Below, in pieces: positions 55,155 to 64,000 of a DNA stretch of 64,000 bases. The notes beneath the pieces were generated by a model. It searched no databases, had not been told where the DNA came from, and saw nothing but the letters and a program-made list of their open reading frames with translations. The position numbers were made by a program, and so were the translations under genes. The stretch covers positions 18,819-82,818 of the forward strand of contig CAZWHA010000003.1 of NCBI GenBank assembly GCA_964633435.1, given 5' to 3'. Within the stretch, counting starts at the first letter, position 1. The number at the start of each line of letters is the position of its first letter. The DNA is from an uncultured Candidatus Saccharibacteria bacterium (lineage in GTDB: Bacteria > Patescibacteriota > Saccharimonadia > Saccharimonadales > Saccharimonadaceae).

Positions 55155-55210
55155 TGTGGGTAGAATCTATCAAAAAAGGCTTGCATGTGGGTGGTTGTGG
55201 GTAGTATAAT
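55155..55210 (+). promoter_or_regulatory. mraZ promoter (TTGCAT-18-TATAAT) with three TGTGGGT direct repeats (candidate MraZ boxes)
   Basis: TGTGGGT at 55155, 55186 and 55196. The last two are 10 bp apart inside the spacer between TTGCAT 55181..55186 and TATAAT 55205..55210. Confidence 0.6.
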
Positions 55211-55268
55211 AAGTCCAGTGGCAAATACATAAAAGAAAAACCACTGAACCACACCACAAAATAACGTA

Positions 55269-55646
55269 ATGGGAAGGGCAATGACCAAGATCGATTACTT
55301 TGAGCGCAAGCTAGACGACAAACGACGACTAACCGTCCCGTCTGAGCTACGCGCCGAGTTCGACGGTGGTATTGTCATCACCCGGGGCTTCGGACAGTAT
55401 CTTCACCTATACCAAAAATCAGTATGGGACGAAGATATGGAAACAGCACTCCAAGGCGACATTCTGGATGAGCGAACCGCTGACCTGAATGTCAAGTTTC
55501 GCACCGGCAAGGTCGAAACCGAGCTGGATGCCAAACAGGGTAGGATTACCCTAGAGGCACACCAACTAGAGTATGCTGGAATCGACCGCGAGGTCGTAGC
55601 GGTCCGAGCTGGTCGGTATTGGCGGCTCAGCACCAAAGCCGATTAG
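55269..55646 (+). CDS. mraZ: transcriptional regulator MraZ
   Basis: Two SpoVT/AbrB-like halves with DxxxR motifs (KLDDKRRLTVP; DAKQGRITL). The start could instead be ATG 55281. Confidence 0.85.
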   Translation: MGRAMTKIDYFERKLDDKRRLTVPSELRAEFDGGIVITRGFGQYLHLYQKSVWDEDMETALQGDILDERTADLNVKFRTGKVETELDAKQGRITLEAHQLEYAGIDREVVAVRAGRYWRLSTKAD

Positions 55647-55714
55647 TGAAAACGTGGTTTAGTCAGCGCTAAACGCCGAAAAAACCAAACAGTAAGCACC
55701 TTAACAATAAAACA

Positions 55715-55930
55715 GAGGCCAACTACTCGGCAATCAGCTGGAAAGCAATCGCCAGCTCAAATGGGTTGCCGCACTTGGTTTATGGCAACATAAACCTATG
55801 GAAAAACTCCACCTCACACATAAGTCTCTCATATGGTTGCGCAGTCGTCACCTGATGACCGTGCAAACATCTTGAAAAATCTAAAACAAACAATCAGAAC
55901 ATAAATACTGATTGCCGAATAGGTGGCCTC
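55715..55930 (+). repeat. 216 nt element bounded by 23 nt imperfect inverted repeats, between mraZ and rsmH
   Basis: gaggccaactactcggcaatcag (55715..55737) pairs with ctgattgccgaataggtggcctc (55908..55930) at 21 of 23 positions; internal hairpins are present. Confidence 0.6.
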
Positions 55931-55941
55931 CGTAAAAGAAT

Positions 55942-56835
55942 ATGACAACACCACAACAACTCCATATTCCAGTCTTGCTCGGGGCAGTAATCGAATTACT
56001 GCATCCGGCGGCGGGTGAAAACTACCTTGATTTGACAGCCGGTTACGGTGGTCACGCCAGGGAGATTATTGCTCGCATCGGGTCTGCGAACTTGGCAACA
56101 TTGGTTGATCGCGATCAGTTTGCGATCAGTCAATTGGAACCACTTCAGCAGCAGGGAGCTAGATTGATACACCGCGACTTTTTGCAGGCTAGCGAAGAGC
56201 TAGTTGCCGAAAGTCAGCAGTTTGATATGATTTTGTTGGATCTGGGTGTCAGTTCGCCACAACTGGATAGAGCAGAGCGTGGTTTTAGCTTTAGATTTGA
56301 TGCAGCGCTCGATATGCGCATGGATCAATCGCAAGATTTAACTGCTGCGACAATCGTTAATCGCTATCCAGAGAGTGAGCTCAGTCAAATTATTCGTCAG
56401 TACGGAGAAGAACCACCATCAGCAGCGCATCGGATCGCCCGGGCAATTGTCCAGGCTCGTGCCAAAAAACCGTTCGAAACTACTACCGAACTGGCCGATC
56501 TCATCGCTGACGTCTTGCCGCGGCGGGGTAAAATCCATCCCGCGACACGCACCTTTCAGGCTCTACGGATCGAAACCAACGACGAACTGGGGCAGGTCGA
56601 GCGGACTTTGCCGCTACTAATCCAGCTTCTCGCACCTGGTGGACGGCTGGCAGTGATCAGCTTTCACAGTCTCGAGGATCGCTTGGTCAAAGATTTCCTA
56701 AAAGAGCAATTACACGCCGGTTACGAAGCGGATTTGACCGTTTTGACCAAACATCCGATTTCCGGCACTGATGATGTTTACAATCCGCGCGCCCGTAGTG
56801 CTAAACTGCGAGCCGCAGCAAAGATAAATAATTAA
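55942..56835 (+). CDS. rsmH: 16S rRNA (cytosine1402-N4)-methyltransferase
   Basis: HIPVLL...YLDLTAGYGGHA...DLGVSSPQLD...ISFHSLEDR. Confidence 0.95.
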   Translation: MTTPQQLHIPVLLGAVIELLHPAAGENYLDLTAGYGGHAREIIARIGSANLATLVDRDQFAISQLEPLQQQGARLIHRDFLQASEELVAESQQFDMILLDLGVSSPQLDRAERGFSFRFDAALDMRMDQSQDLTAATIVNRYPESELSQIIRQYGEEPPSAAHRIARAIVQARAKKPFETTTELADLIADVLPRRGKIHPATRTFQALRIETNDELGQVERTLPLLIQLLAPGGRLAVISFHSLEDRLVKDFLKEQLHAGYEADLTVLTKHPISGTDDVYNPRARSAKLRAAAKINN

Positions 56836-57045
56836 CAGAAAGGACTTGCTTATGCCAATCCAAGTCGTAAACAAGTCACGCGCACAGAAAATTGTGGTCC
56901 GCCACAAATAAGGCGCGCGACCAAAAGCGAGCCTCGGCCTAATGCGTCGAGGCTCTGGCCCGGTTCAAAACTTTACACGTGGATTTTTGCGAAACGATGC
57001 GTGCGCAAACATCCATGTATAAATAAAAAGGAAAAAATAAACAAC

Positions 57046-57408
57046 ATGACCAACCAAAGAACACAATTCGTTTCAACTCGCGGGCGCGGCAATGTCGTAG
57101 CGGCTAGCTGGGGTCGGAACCAAAACCTGACAGCTTTTCGATCAGAGCGTCGTCTGGGGCCGGTGGCAAATACAGTGATGATCGTACTACTGACGGCCTT
57201 TCTAGGCCTATTGTATCTGACACAGCTGACCAAAACTAGTGCTTTTGGCTACGAAATGAACGCTATTGACGAAAAGAAAACGCAACTAGCGGCTGAACGC
57301 GATGATCTAAAGATTGAGAATGCCCGATTACAGTCGATCGCTCGGGTCGAGAGTAGTAGTGTGGCGGCGGCGATGACAACACCAACCGACGTCCAACAGG
57401 CGGAGTAA
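57046..57408 (+). CDS. ftsL: FtsL-like cell division protein (single TM + coiled coil)
   Basis: Position between rsmH and ftsI; TM VMIVLLTAFLGLLYL then coiled coil. ATG 57046 preferred over the track start 57001. Confidence 0.6.
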   Translation: MTNQRTQFVSTRGRGNVVAASWGRNQNLTAFRSERRLGPVANTVMIVLLTAFLGLLYLTQLTKTSAFGYEMNAIDEKKTQLAAERDDLKIENARLQSIARVESSSVAAAMTTPTDVQQAE

Positions 57409-57415
57409 CCAACCA

Positions 57416-59173
57416 ATGAACGCCCAGCCGAAAGAGATCTCGCGTGCATCATGGCTGACTCTCGGCCTTTTTTTCGTACTGGCGATCTTTGTGCTGCGAT
57501 TGTTTTACATCCAGATCATTAATCACGAAAAATATCTAGCCAAAGCTAACGAAATGCAAATCAGCAAACGTACCGTCAACCCCGAGCGTGGCCAGATTTA
57601 TACCAAGGATCAGAACGGTGATATCATGCCGTTGGTGCTAAATCAGACTGTCTATACAGTGTTTGCTGATCCGACCCAAGTCAAAAACGCTGACAAAGTT
57701 GAACAGACGATCAAACAGATTGCCGGTAGTCAGGTTATCAAAGGCAACTTTGAAAAGCTGGGTAGCACAACACTGCAATATGTGGTCTTGGCACGGCAGG
57801 TCAGCCATAGTCAGGCTGAACAGATCCAAGAAGCCGATTTGGCTGGCGTTGGTTTGCAGTCCAGTACTAGGCGAGTGTATACCGAAGGTAAACTAGCTAA
57901 CCAGGTGCTCGGCTTTGTAAATGCCGACGGCAAAGGCCAATATGGTATCGAACAATATCTGAATAGCGAGCTAACCGGTACGGCCGGCCTCTTGCAGTCG
58001 GTGACTGATGTGCGCAAGATTCCACTGACGATTGGCGTTCACGATGTCAGTATACCGGCGACAGATGGCACTGATTATGTCTTGACTCTGGATCGTAGTG
58101 TGCAAGCGCAGGCTGAAAAGTTATTAAAGGAAGGCCTCGATAACGTTGATAGCAATAGCGGCAGTATTATCGTCATGAATCCGAATAACGGGCATGTTGT
58201 AGCGATGGCTAATTATCCAGACTTCGATCCAAATGACTATACTAGCGTCACTGACGGCACTGTGTTTCAGAACAACGCTGTTAGCTATGCGTTTGAACCA
58301 GGTTCGGTGATGAAAACCATGACGACGTCGATGTCGCTAGATCTCGGTAAAATTGCCCCTAGCACGACCTTTGTTGACCCCGGCTGCGTGCAAATTGATG
58401 ATGCTAAAATCTGTAATGCTGATGGCGAGGAAAAGTTCAAAGGTCAGACCTTGACCATGACCAAGGTCCTGCAATACTCGCTGAACACCGGTGTCGTCTG
58501 GCAATTAAAGCAGATTGGCGGCGGCGATATCACGAAGAGCGCTCGCCAAACTATGTATGGCTATTTCCATGACAAGTACCGGTTTGGCCAACGAACTGGT
58601 GTCGAACAACCGGGTGAGGGCAAGGGCACGATTTTTTCACCTGATAATGTTCAGGGCAACAAAGTCCGCTATGCCAACATGACGTTTGGACAGGGCGTTT
58701 CGGTGACCATGGTGCAGATGGCGGCGGCTTTTTCGGCAACCATTAACGGAGGCACGTACTATCAACCGACTTTAATCGAGGGTACGCTGGACGATAATGG
58801 CAAGGAGCACTTGGTGGCTAGTAAGGCCCTAGAAACAGGTGTGGTTAGTGCAAACACCAGCGACAATATTCGCCAGATGATGTTCGAGGCTCGGCGCGGT
58901 AGTTGGCCGACTGCCGATAATGGCTACTATGTCGGATCGAAAACTGGTACGGCGCAGATCTATGACGACGCCACCAGAACGTATTCGAAAACCCGAACGA
59001 CCGGTACAACAATTGGCTTTGGCGCCGACAAAGACGGTAACGCTCAATATGTTATAATGGTTCGGATCGAATACAGTGGTAGAGAAGGCTTTGCTGGCTC
59101 GTTAGCAGCAAATCCGGTCTTTACCAAAATGAGCAACTGGCTCGCTCAATACGAAGGGATGACAAAACCATGA
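57416..59173 (+). CDS. ftsI: penicillin-binding protein 2B/3-type transpeptidase
   Basis: N-terminal TM and dimerisation domain; SxxK (GSVMK), SxN (YSLN), KTGTA. Confidence 0.9.
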   Translation: MNAQPKEISRASWLTLGLFFVLAIFVLRLFYIQIINHEKYLAKANEMQISKRTVNPERGQIYTKDQNGDIMPLVLNQTVYTVFADPTQVKNADKVEQTIKQIAGSQVIKGNFEKLGSTTLQYVVLARQVSHSQAEQIQEADLAGVGLQSSTRRVYTEGKLANQVLGFVNADGKGQYGIEQYLNSELTGTAGLLQSVTDVRKIPLTIGVHDVSIPATDGTDYVLTLDRSVQAQAEKLLKEGLDNVDSNSGSIIVMNPNNGHVVAMANYPDFDPNDYTSVTDGTVFQNNAVSYAFEPGSVMKTMTTSMSLDLGKIAPSTTFVDPGCVQIDDAKICNADGEEKFKGQTLTMTKVLQYSLNTGVVWQLKQIGGGDITKSARQTMYGYFHDKYRFGQRTGVEQPGEGKGTIFSPDNVQGNKVRYANMTFGQGVSVTMVQMAAAFSATINGGTYYQPTLIEGTLDDNGKEHLVASKALETGVVSANTSDNIRQMMFEARRGSWPTADNGYYVGSKTGTAQIYDDATRTYSKTRTTGTTIGFGADKDGNAQYVIMVRIEYSGREGFAGSLAANPVFTKMSNWLAQYEGMTKP

Positions 59174-60204
59174 ATGAGATTCTCGACCAACTGGCGCAGA
59201 TCATGCTGCGAGTCTTGTTGCTGGGCGGTGCGGCCTTTGTGATCGCCATGATATTGACACCGGTGTATACCTATTTTGCCTATCGCTACAAATTCTGGAA
59301 AAAGCAAAAGACGGTAACGCTCGATGGCAAAACCCTCGAAGTCATCTCTAAATTACATGCCAAAAAGATCGCCCGTCGCATACCAACCATGGCGGGTTTA
59401 GTATTTGTGCTGGCGATTGCCATTACGACGCTAGTATTTAATTTCAGCCGACCGCAAACTTGGTTGCCGCTGGCAGCATTGATCGCTGGAGCAGTAATAG
59501 GGCTCATTGATGATATTTTGAATCTGCGTTCGGATGGCGGTGTGGCGGGCTTGCGGGCGCCAGTGAAATTTACCATGGTGACAATTGTTGGTTTGCTGCT
59601 AGGCTGGTTTTTCTGGGAAAAACTCGGTTTTACGACGGTCCATATTCCGTTTGTGGGCGCTTGGGACTTAGGTATCTGGATTGTGCCGATCTTTGCCTTT
59701 GTCGTTGTAGCGACGGGTAATGCAGTCAATATTAGCGATGGCCTAGATGGTCTCGCGGGCGGACTGGCGGCTTCGGCCTTTGTGATGTTCGCAGTAATTG
59801 CGATATTGCAACAGCAGTTCGGCCTAGCGGCGTTTTGTATGACGATTGTGGGCGCACTGTTATCGTACCTGTGGTTTAATGTCTATCCAGCGCGCTTTTT
59901 CATGGGTGATGTGGGATCGTTTGCGTTGGGTGTTAGTTTGGGGGTGGTGGCAATGCTGACTAATTCACTCTTTCTGTTGCCGATCATTGGACTGATGTTT
60001 GTGATCGAAGCTGGTTCGGTTATCATTCAACAACTCAGTAAAAAACTACGGAATGGTAAAAAGGTCTTTATCGCATCGCCAATTCACCATCACTTTGAAG
60101 CCAAAGGTTGGCCAGAGACAAAAGTTACGATGCGGTTCTGGGTGGTGGGGAACATTGCCGGTATCTTGGGCTTGATTATGGCGATTAGCGGAGGCAATGT
60201 CTAA
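59170..60204 (+). CDS. mraY: phospho-N-acetylmuramoyl-pentapeptide transferase
   Basis: NAVNISDGLDGLAGG, MGDVGSFALG, PIHHHFE. Confidence 0.95.
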   Translation: MNEILDQLAQIMLRVLLLGGAAFVIAMILTPVYTYFAYRYKFWKKQKTVTLDGKTLEVISKLHAKKIARRIPTMAGLVFVLAIAITTLVFNFSRPQTWLPLAALIAGAVIGLIDDILNLRSDGGVAGLRAPVKFTMVTIVGLLLGWFFWEKLGFTTVHIPFVGAWDLGIWIVPIFAFVVVATGNAVNISDGLDGLAGGLAASAFVMFAVIAILQQQFGLAAFCMTIVGALLSYLWFNVYPARFFMGDVGSFALGVSLGVVAMLTNSLFLLPIIGLMFVIEAGSVIIQQLSKKLRNGKKVFIASPIHHHFEAKGWPETKVTMRFWVVGNIAGILGLIMAISGGNV

Positions 60205-61526
60205 TGGGCGAGTGGGCTGCACCTTCACGCCGACCAGAGGAAAGTCGGCGTGGCAAACTAGCCGCCGCTGAGATTCGGTCGACATTGTTTGATACGGCCG
60301 GGGCTTTGAAATTAGGTCGCAAACATCGTCCGGACTATCTGATGGTGGTACTGATGGTGGTACTAGCACTGATCGGTTTGGTGATTTTATTTTCTATCAC
60401 ACCAGCGCTCACTGATGGCAATAGTGTCGAATCGACAAAATTCATGTTGCGCCAAGTATTATTTTTGGCAGTCGGCCTAGCGGCGTTTTTTGTGGCCAGC
60501 CGAGTACCGCTTGATATCTGGCGACAACACGGTGCAAAACTTTTTATTGTGGCACTAACGATCTGTTTACTATTGCCAATTATGGGTACGCTTGGTATTC
60601 CGCCGGCCCAGTGTACGCTCGGTGCCTGTCGTTGGATCAGCCTGGGTAGCCTGGGAACTTTTCAGCCGGCTGAGTTTCTGAAATTTGGTACGGTACTATT
60701 TGCGGCAGGGTTTTTGGCGGTTCGGAGTGCACGCGGTGAACTGAATTCCTATCGCAAAACTCTGCTACCACTTGGTGCGGTTATGGTGGCGGCACTGTTT
60801 GTAGTGGTTATCATGCAAAAAGACCTCGGTACTGGTGTCTCGCTGGCTGCGATCGTCCTCGTTCAGCTGATTGTCGCTGGTTTGCAGGTACGAAAACTCA
60901 TGACTATTTTTGGTTTAGCGGCGGGACTCGCGATCTTATCAATTGTCTTGGTGCCGCATCGAATTGCTCGGGTAGCGACGTTTTTTGGTCAGGGTAATGA
61001 GGCTGCTGACTACCACATTAATCAGGCGATGATTGCGCTCGGGTCGGGTGGTCTAACGGGTCGCGGACTGGGTGAATCGGTGCAGGCCTTTGGTTGGCTA
61101 CCAGAAGCGATTCACGACTCGATTTTTGCTATCATTGGCGAATCACTTGGCTTTATCGGTCTGTTTGTCATTATCGGACTGTTTGGTTTGTTACTGCGCC
61201 AGATCATTAGCAAGGTCGACTACATTGAAAATATCTACTTGCGCTTAATCATTGCGGGTGTGTTCGGTTGGATCGGAGCGCACGTTATTCTGAACATTGG
61301 TGCTATGACTCATCTGATTCCACTGACCGGTATTACGCTGCCATTGGTTAGCCTGGGTGGCACCTCGATGCTGTTCATGATGGCGAGTCTAGGCGTAGTG
61401 TTTGCAATTTCGCATTATACGATGCATCGCAAAGTTAAAGCAGAAGGAGGTGACGAGCATGCGAGTCCTATCAGTGGGCGGCGGTTCGGGCGGTCACGTT
61501 ACGCCAATAGTAGCCATCTGCGCTAA
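60204..61526 (+). CDS. ftsW: SEDS-family peptidoglycan glycosyltransferase FtsW
   Basis: 10-TM SEDS layout, QPAEFLKF, LPEAIHDSIFAIIGE, PLTGITLPLVSLGGTS. Confidence 0.9.
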   Translation: MGEWAAPSRRPEESRRGKLAAAEIRSTLFDTAGALKLGRKHRPDYLMVVLMVVLALIGLVILFSITPALTDGNSVESTKFMLRQVLFLAVGLAAFFVASRVPLDIWRQHGAKLFIVALTICLLLPIMGTLGIPPAQCTLGACRWISLGSLGTFQPAEFLKFGTVLFAAGFLAVRSARGELNSYRKTLLPLGAVMVAALFVVVIMQKDLGTGVSLAAIVLVQLIVAGLQVRKLMTIFGLAAGLAILSIVLVPHRIARVATFFGQGNEAADYHINQAMIALGSGGLTGRGLGESVQAFGWLPEAIHDSIFAIIGESLGFIGLFVIIGLFGLLLRQIISKVDYIENIYLRLIIAGVFGWIGAHVILNIGAMTHLIPLTGITLPLVSLGGTSMLFMMASLGVVFAISHYTMHRKVKAEGGDEHASPISGRRFGRSRYANSSHLR

Positions 61527-62601
61527 ATTGCGGCAGCAGGTGCCGGATGCCGAGTTGCGAGCCTGGTGTGATCGTCGTTTTGCGGCGCGTTTACGTGATA
61601 TGTTGGGGAACGAAGTTCGAGTCGACGCGATTATTAGCGGCAAGTACCGCCGTTATGCCAATTTGACTCTAACGCAGCATCTGAAATACCATCTGTTTCG
61701 TACTCATTTGCGGAATGTCGTTGATATCTTTAAAATCGCCATGGGTTTTGTCCAAAGCTTTTTCAAGTTAATAGTCTGGCGGCCTGATGTAGTGTTTTGC
61801 AAAGGCGGCTTTGTCTGTCTGCCAGTCGGCCTAGCGGCGCATGCTCTGCGGATCCCACTGGTGATTCATGATTCTGATACCGTGCCGGGCCTAACCAACC
61901 GAATATTGTCACGTTTTGCAACTAGGATTGGCACTGGCGCTCCAGTCGAAAATTATCCGAATTATCCTGAAAAGCGAACGCGCTATGTTGGCATTCCGGT
62001 GCGTGACGAGATCAGGGCCTTTACGGCAGATGAAAAAGCAACGGCCAAAGCAACCTTAGGGTTTAACCCGGCACGACCGCTTGTTTTGATAGTGGGCGGC
62101 GGCGGCGGCGCTAACGCACTTAATCGAATGGCTTTGTCGATTGCTCCGGATTTGACGGGGCAGGGCACGCAGATCTTGCTGCTGGCCGGCAAAGGCAAAG
62201 CCGATTCCACGTTGGTTAGTTCTAGCCCTGATTTTCAGATTGTTGAATTCATGACCGATGATTTCGTGACAGCGCTCGCAGCGGCCGACGTTGCTGTGAC
62301 CAGGGCCGGCGCCACAGCGCTCGCAGAATTTGCTACGATCGGTTTGCCGATTATTATTGTACCTAGTCCGCATCTAGCTGGCGATCATCAGACCAAGAAC
62401 GCGGCGGTTTACGCCGAGGCTGCAGCTGGAATCGTCATTGACCAACGCCAGGCTGCGAAGCAGCCCGAACTACTAGGACAGGCCATTACAGAGCTTGTAG
62501 GTTCGCCGCAGCTCCGGGCCGACCTGGGTCGCAATCTCAAACAATTTGCACGTCCAAGCGCTCTTGATGATATGGTCAGCATGATTCTGGAGGTGGCATA
62601 A
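61459..62601 (+). CDS. murG: UDP-N-acetylglucosamine--N-acetylmuramyl-(pentapeptide) pyrophosphoryl-undecaprenol N-acetylglucosamine transferase
   Basis: MRVLSVGGGSGGHVTP G-loop, TRAGATALAE. ATG 61459 lies behind the strong SD gaaggaggtga; the track start 61402 is rejected. Confidence 0.9.
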   Translation: MRVLSVGGGSGGHVTPIVAICAKLRQQVPDAELRAWCDRRFAARLRDMLGNEVRVDAIISGKYRRYANLTLTQHLKYHLFRTHLRNVVDIFKIAMGFVQSFFKLIVWRPDVVFCKGGFVCLPVGLAAHALRIPLVIHDSDTVPGLTNRILSRFATRIGTGAPVENYPNYPEKRTRYVGIPVRDEIRAFTADEKATAKATLGFNPARPLVLIVGGGGGANALNRMALSIAPDLTGQGTQILLLAGKGKADSTLVSSSPDFQIVEFMTDDFVTALAAADVAVTRAGATALAEFATIGLPIIIVPSPHLAGDHQTKNAAVYAEAAAGIVIDQRQAAKQPELLGQAITELVGSPQLRADLGRNLKQFARPSALDDMVSMILEVA

Positions 62602-63516
62602 GTGTTGGGTCGCAATAGGGGGGCAAAATCTACTGACGCTGGCCGTCAAGGTCGTTACAGTGCTGAGTTTCGCGATCCAGTATCGGAACAAAACAGCACA
62701 TTTCGCAGCGGCACCACGCTCAGTACATTTCGCCCGGTCGAACACGACAAAAAGACCGATCGCCAGAAAGAGCGCGACCTCAGGGACTGGCGTCGTCGTT
62801 TAGGCTTTCTCCTCTTGATTGTGATGACGATATCGACCCTGGGTTTGGTTCTGATATCGCAGTTCAGCGGCTCGTTTACTGAAATCACTAGTAATGCTAG
62901 CTCGCTCGGTTCGGCCGATGCTGCCGCCTATAAAAAGATCGTCGATGAATACATGTCTAAAAACCCGTTCGAGCGGTTTAGCTTTGCGCGGCGTACTGAT
63001 AATCTGAACAATCATCTGTCGGAAAAAGCTCCAGAGATCGCCTCGGTCGAAATTAGCCAGTCGAACCTTTTGATTGGTAAGCTGAAATTTATCTTTCGCC
63101 GACCAGTTGCTAAATGGGTGACGAATAATACCACCAGCTATGTTGATGGCAAAGGCGTCGTTTTTCAGAAGAATTATTTCGAACAGCCAGCAGTTGCCAT
63201 TGATGACAACAGTGGGGCATCTGTCGACGGCGACGCAGTTACCTCGTCGCGGTTCCTGAGCTTTATCGGGCAAACAACGGCCGAAATTGCGGGCCAGAGC
63301 GGCGAAACGGTTGAACGTGTCGTCATCCCGACCGGTGCTATCAGATATGTCGAGTTCTATCTGGCGGGCAGGGGATATCCATTCAAAGCCCAGATTGATC
63401 GCGATGCCGCCGCGCAGGCTGCTGATATCGTGGCGATGTCAAAATTTATCGATGCCAATCATATCAATCCGGCCTATGTTGACGTTCGGATTGTTGGCAA
63501 AGCTTACTGGAGATGA
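62602..63516 (+). CDS. ftsQ: FtsQ/DivIB-like cell division protein
   Basis: Position after murG; basic cytoplasmic N-terminus, one TM (LGFLLLIVMTISTLGLVLI), then a POTRA-like region. GTG start. Confidence 0.6.
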   Translation: MLGRNRGAKSTDAGRQGRYSAEFRDPVSEQNSTFRSGTTLSTFRPVEHDKKTDRQKERDLRDWRRRLGFLLLIVMTISTLGLVLISQFSGSFTEITSNASSLGSADAAAYKKIVDEYMSKNPFERFSFARRTDNLNNHLSEKAPEIASVEISQSNLLIGKLKFIFRRPVAKWVTNNTTSYVDGKGVVFQKNYFEQPAVAIDDNSGASVDGDAVTSSRFLSFIGQTTAEIAGQSGETVERVVIPTGAIRYVEFYLAGRGYPFKAQIDRDAAAQAADIVAMSKFIDANHINPAYVDVRIVGKAYWR

Positions 63517-64000
63517 CCTCTGTTAAATACTTTTCAAAATTAGTCGCCCCACTACTCTTGTCGGCGGTGTAACGGGGGTGAGTAAATTACAATTTTCCTA
63601 TAAAGCAACTAATATTGTAAAAAGTCAAATTATAACTACCCCTGGGGTGATAGGGAGGGGAGAGAGGGAAAAAAAGTAGTTTATATAATAAAATAATAAA
63701 AAAGCAAATTGTCAAAATAATGCGACGTTACCGCTGTGCAGGGCTGTGGAAAACTAATTAAATAATAATTATGAATAAAATGCAAATAAATTAAATTGTA
63801 AATTTAGCTACAGATTCTTGGGCTCTTGGACCCGTAGATTCACCGCCTGGGTAGGCCTCGAAATAGCCATGCGGCAATTATACAGAAATTAATAATCGAA
63901 TTATTTTAATTACAGAATAAATGATAAAACGGATAGCACTCGCCCGGGGCAATAATAGTGGTATTATTTGTAAATATAGACGTTTAGCAGTTTGAACCCG

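Noticed and set aside
55064-55288. Minus-strand 74 aa hydrophobic ORF upstream of mraZ.
   Set aside because: It lies antisense across the mraZ promoter and repeat array, has no start signals, and its apparent hydrophobicity comes from the T-rich antisense strand.
1-64000. Alternative genetic code (UGA read as Gly or Trp, as in some CPR lineages).
   Set aside because: RF2 is present and looks intact. Well-defined genes end at TGA at family-appropriate lengths (for example rseP at 15257..15259 and the methyltransferase at 42794..42796).
1-64000. CRISPR arrays, IS elements, integrases, prophage blocks, or a tRNA-linked island at tRNA-Arg.
   Set aside because: I saw no spaced direct-repeat arrays and no transposase, integrase or phage structural signatures. 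The tRNA is flanked by pheA and an EamA transporter, each with its own promoter.

Overview
This 64 kb window is gene-dense, mostly plus-strand and largely housekeeping. It was analysed by eye, with no homology or folding tools. I call about 65 CDS and one tRNA-Arg(GCG). I found no rRNA, CRISPR array, transposase or integrase.

The gene content suggests a reduced bacterium with a Gram-positive-type envelope. That content includes an LCP protein, a sortase-like protein, FtsEX with a PcsB-like CHAP hydrolase, CtpA, a short ProRS and a trimmed dcw cluster. It fits best (inference only) a Patescibacteria/CPR, Saccharibacteria-like genome. The genetic code is standard: RF1 and RF2 are both present and TGA is used as a stop.

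Recognised blocks:
- galU-rplU-parA-parB-lepB
- LCP / prmC-prfA
- rpmE; rpsB-tsf-frr; rseP-CPBP-(cytidylyltransferase)-proS-greA
- Fur/Zur, ZIP, CooC-like ATPase, OCD-like, ATP-grasp, lysS
- M16-murD-LOG-prfB; sortase-like; ftsE-ftsX-pcsB-like-ctpA
- response regulator; rpmA; xseAB
- HK-RR-recO-glyQS-HAD-tyrA-GATase; FKBP, CYTH, pheA; EamA, rnhA, a KwaB-like protein, yvcK
- mraZ-rsmH-ftsL-ftsI-mraY-ftsW-murG-ftsQ

Most unusual signals:
1. Seven G8-G10 homopolymer tracts lie between 361 and 38169, all reading G on the plus strand. Two break genes exactly at the tract, and both would be repaired at G9. Four are in-frame G9 tracts in ORFs (three in well-supported genes, one in a speculative small ORF). 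One sits in a promoter spacer. This is a candidate contingency-locus (phase-variation) system, unless the frameshifts are homopolymer sequencing errors.
2. A GC-rich, poorly coding 730 bp locus lies between ctpA and a response regulator. It holds a promoter, a leader ending in an intrinsic terminator, a small ORF and three strong hairpins.
3. A Zur-linked operon encodes ZIP, a CooC-like ATPase, an OCD-like enzyme and an ATP-grasp ligase.
4. An orphan KwaB/DUF4868-like gene sits behind rnhA.
5. A 216 nt element with 23 nt terminal inverted repeats lies between mraZ and rsmH.
6. The window ends in an AT-rich, ORF-free stretch where ftsA/ftsZ would be expected.
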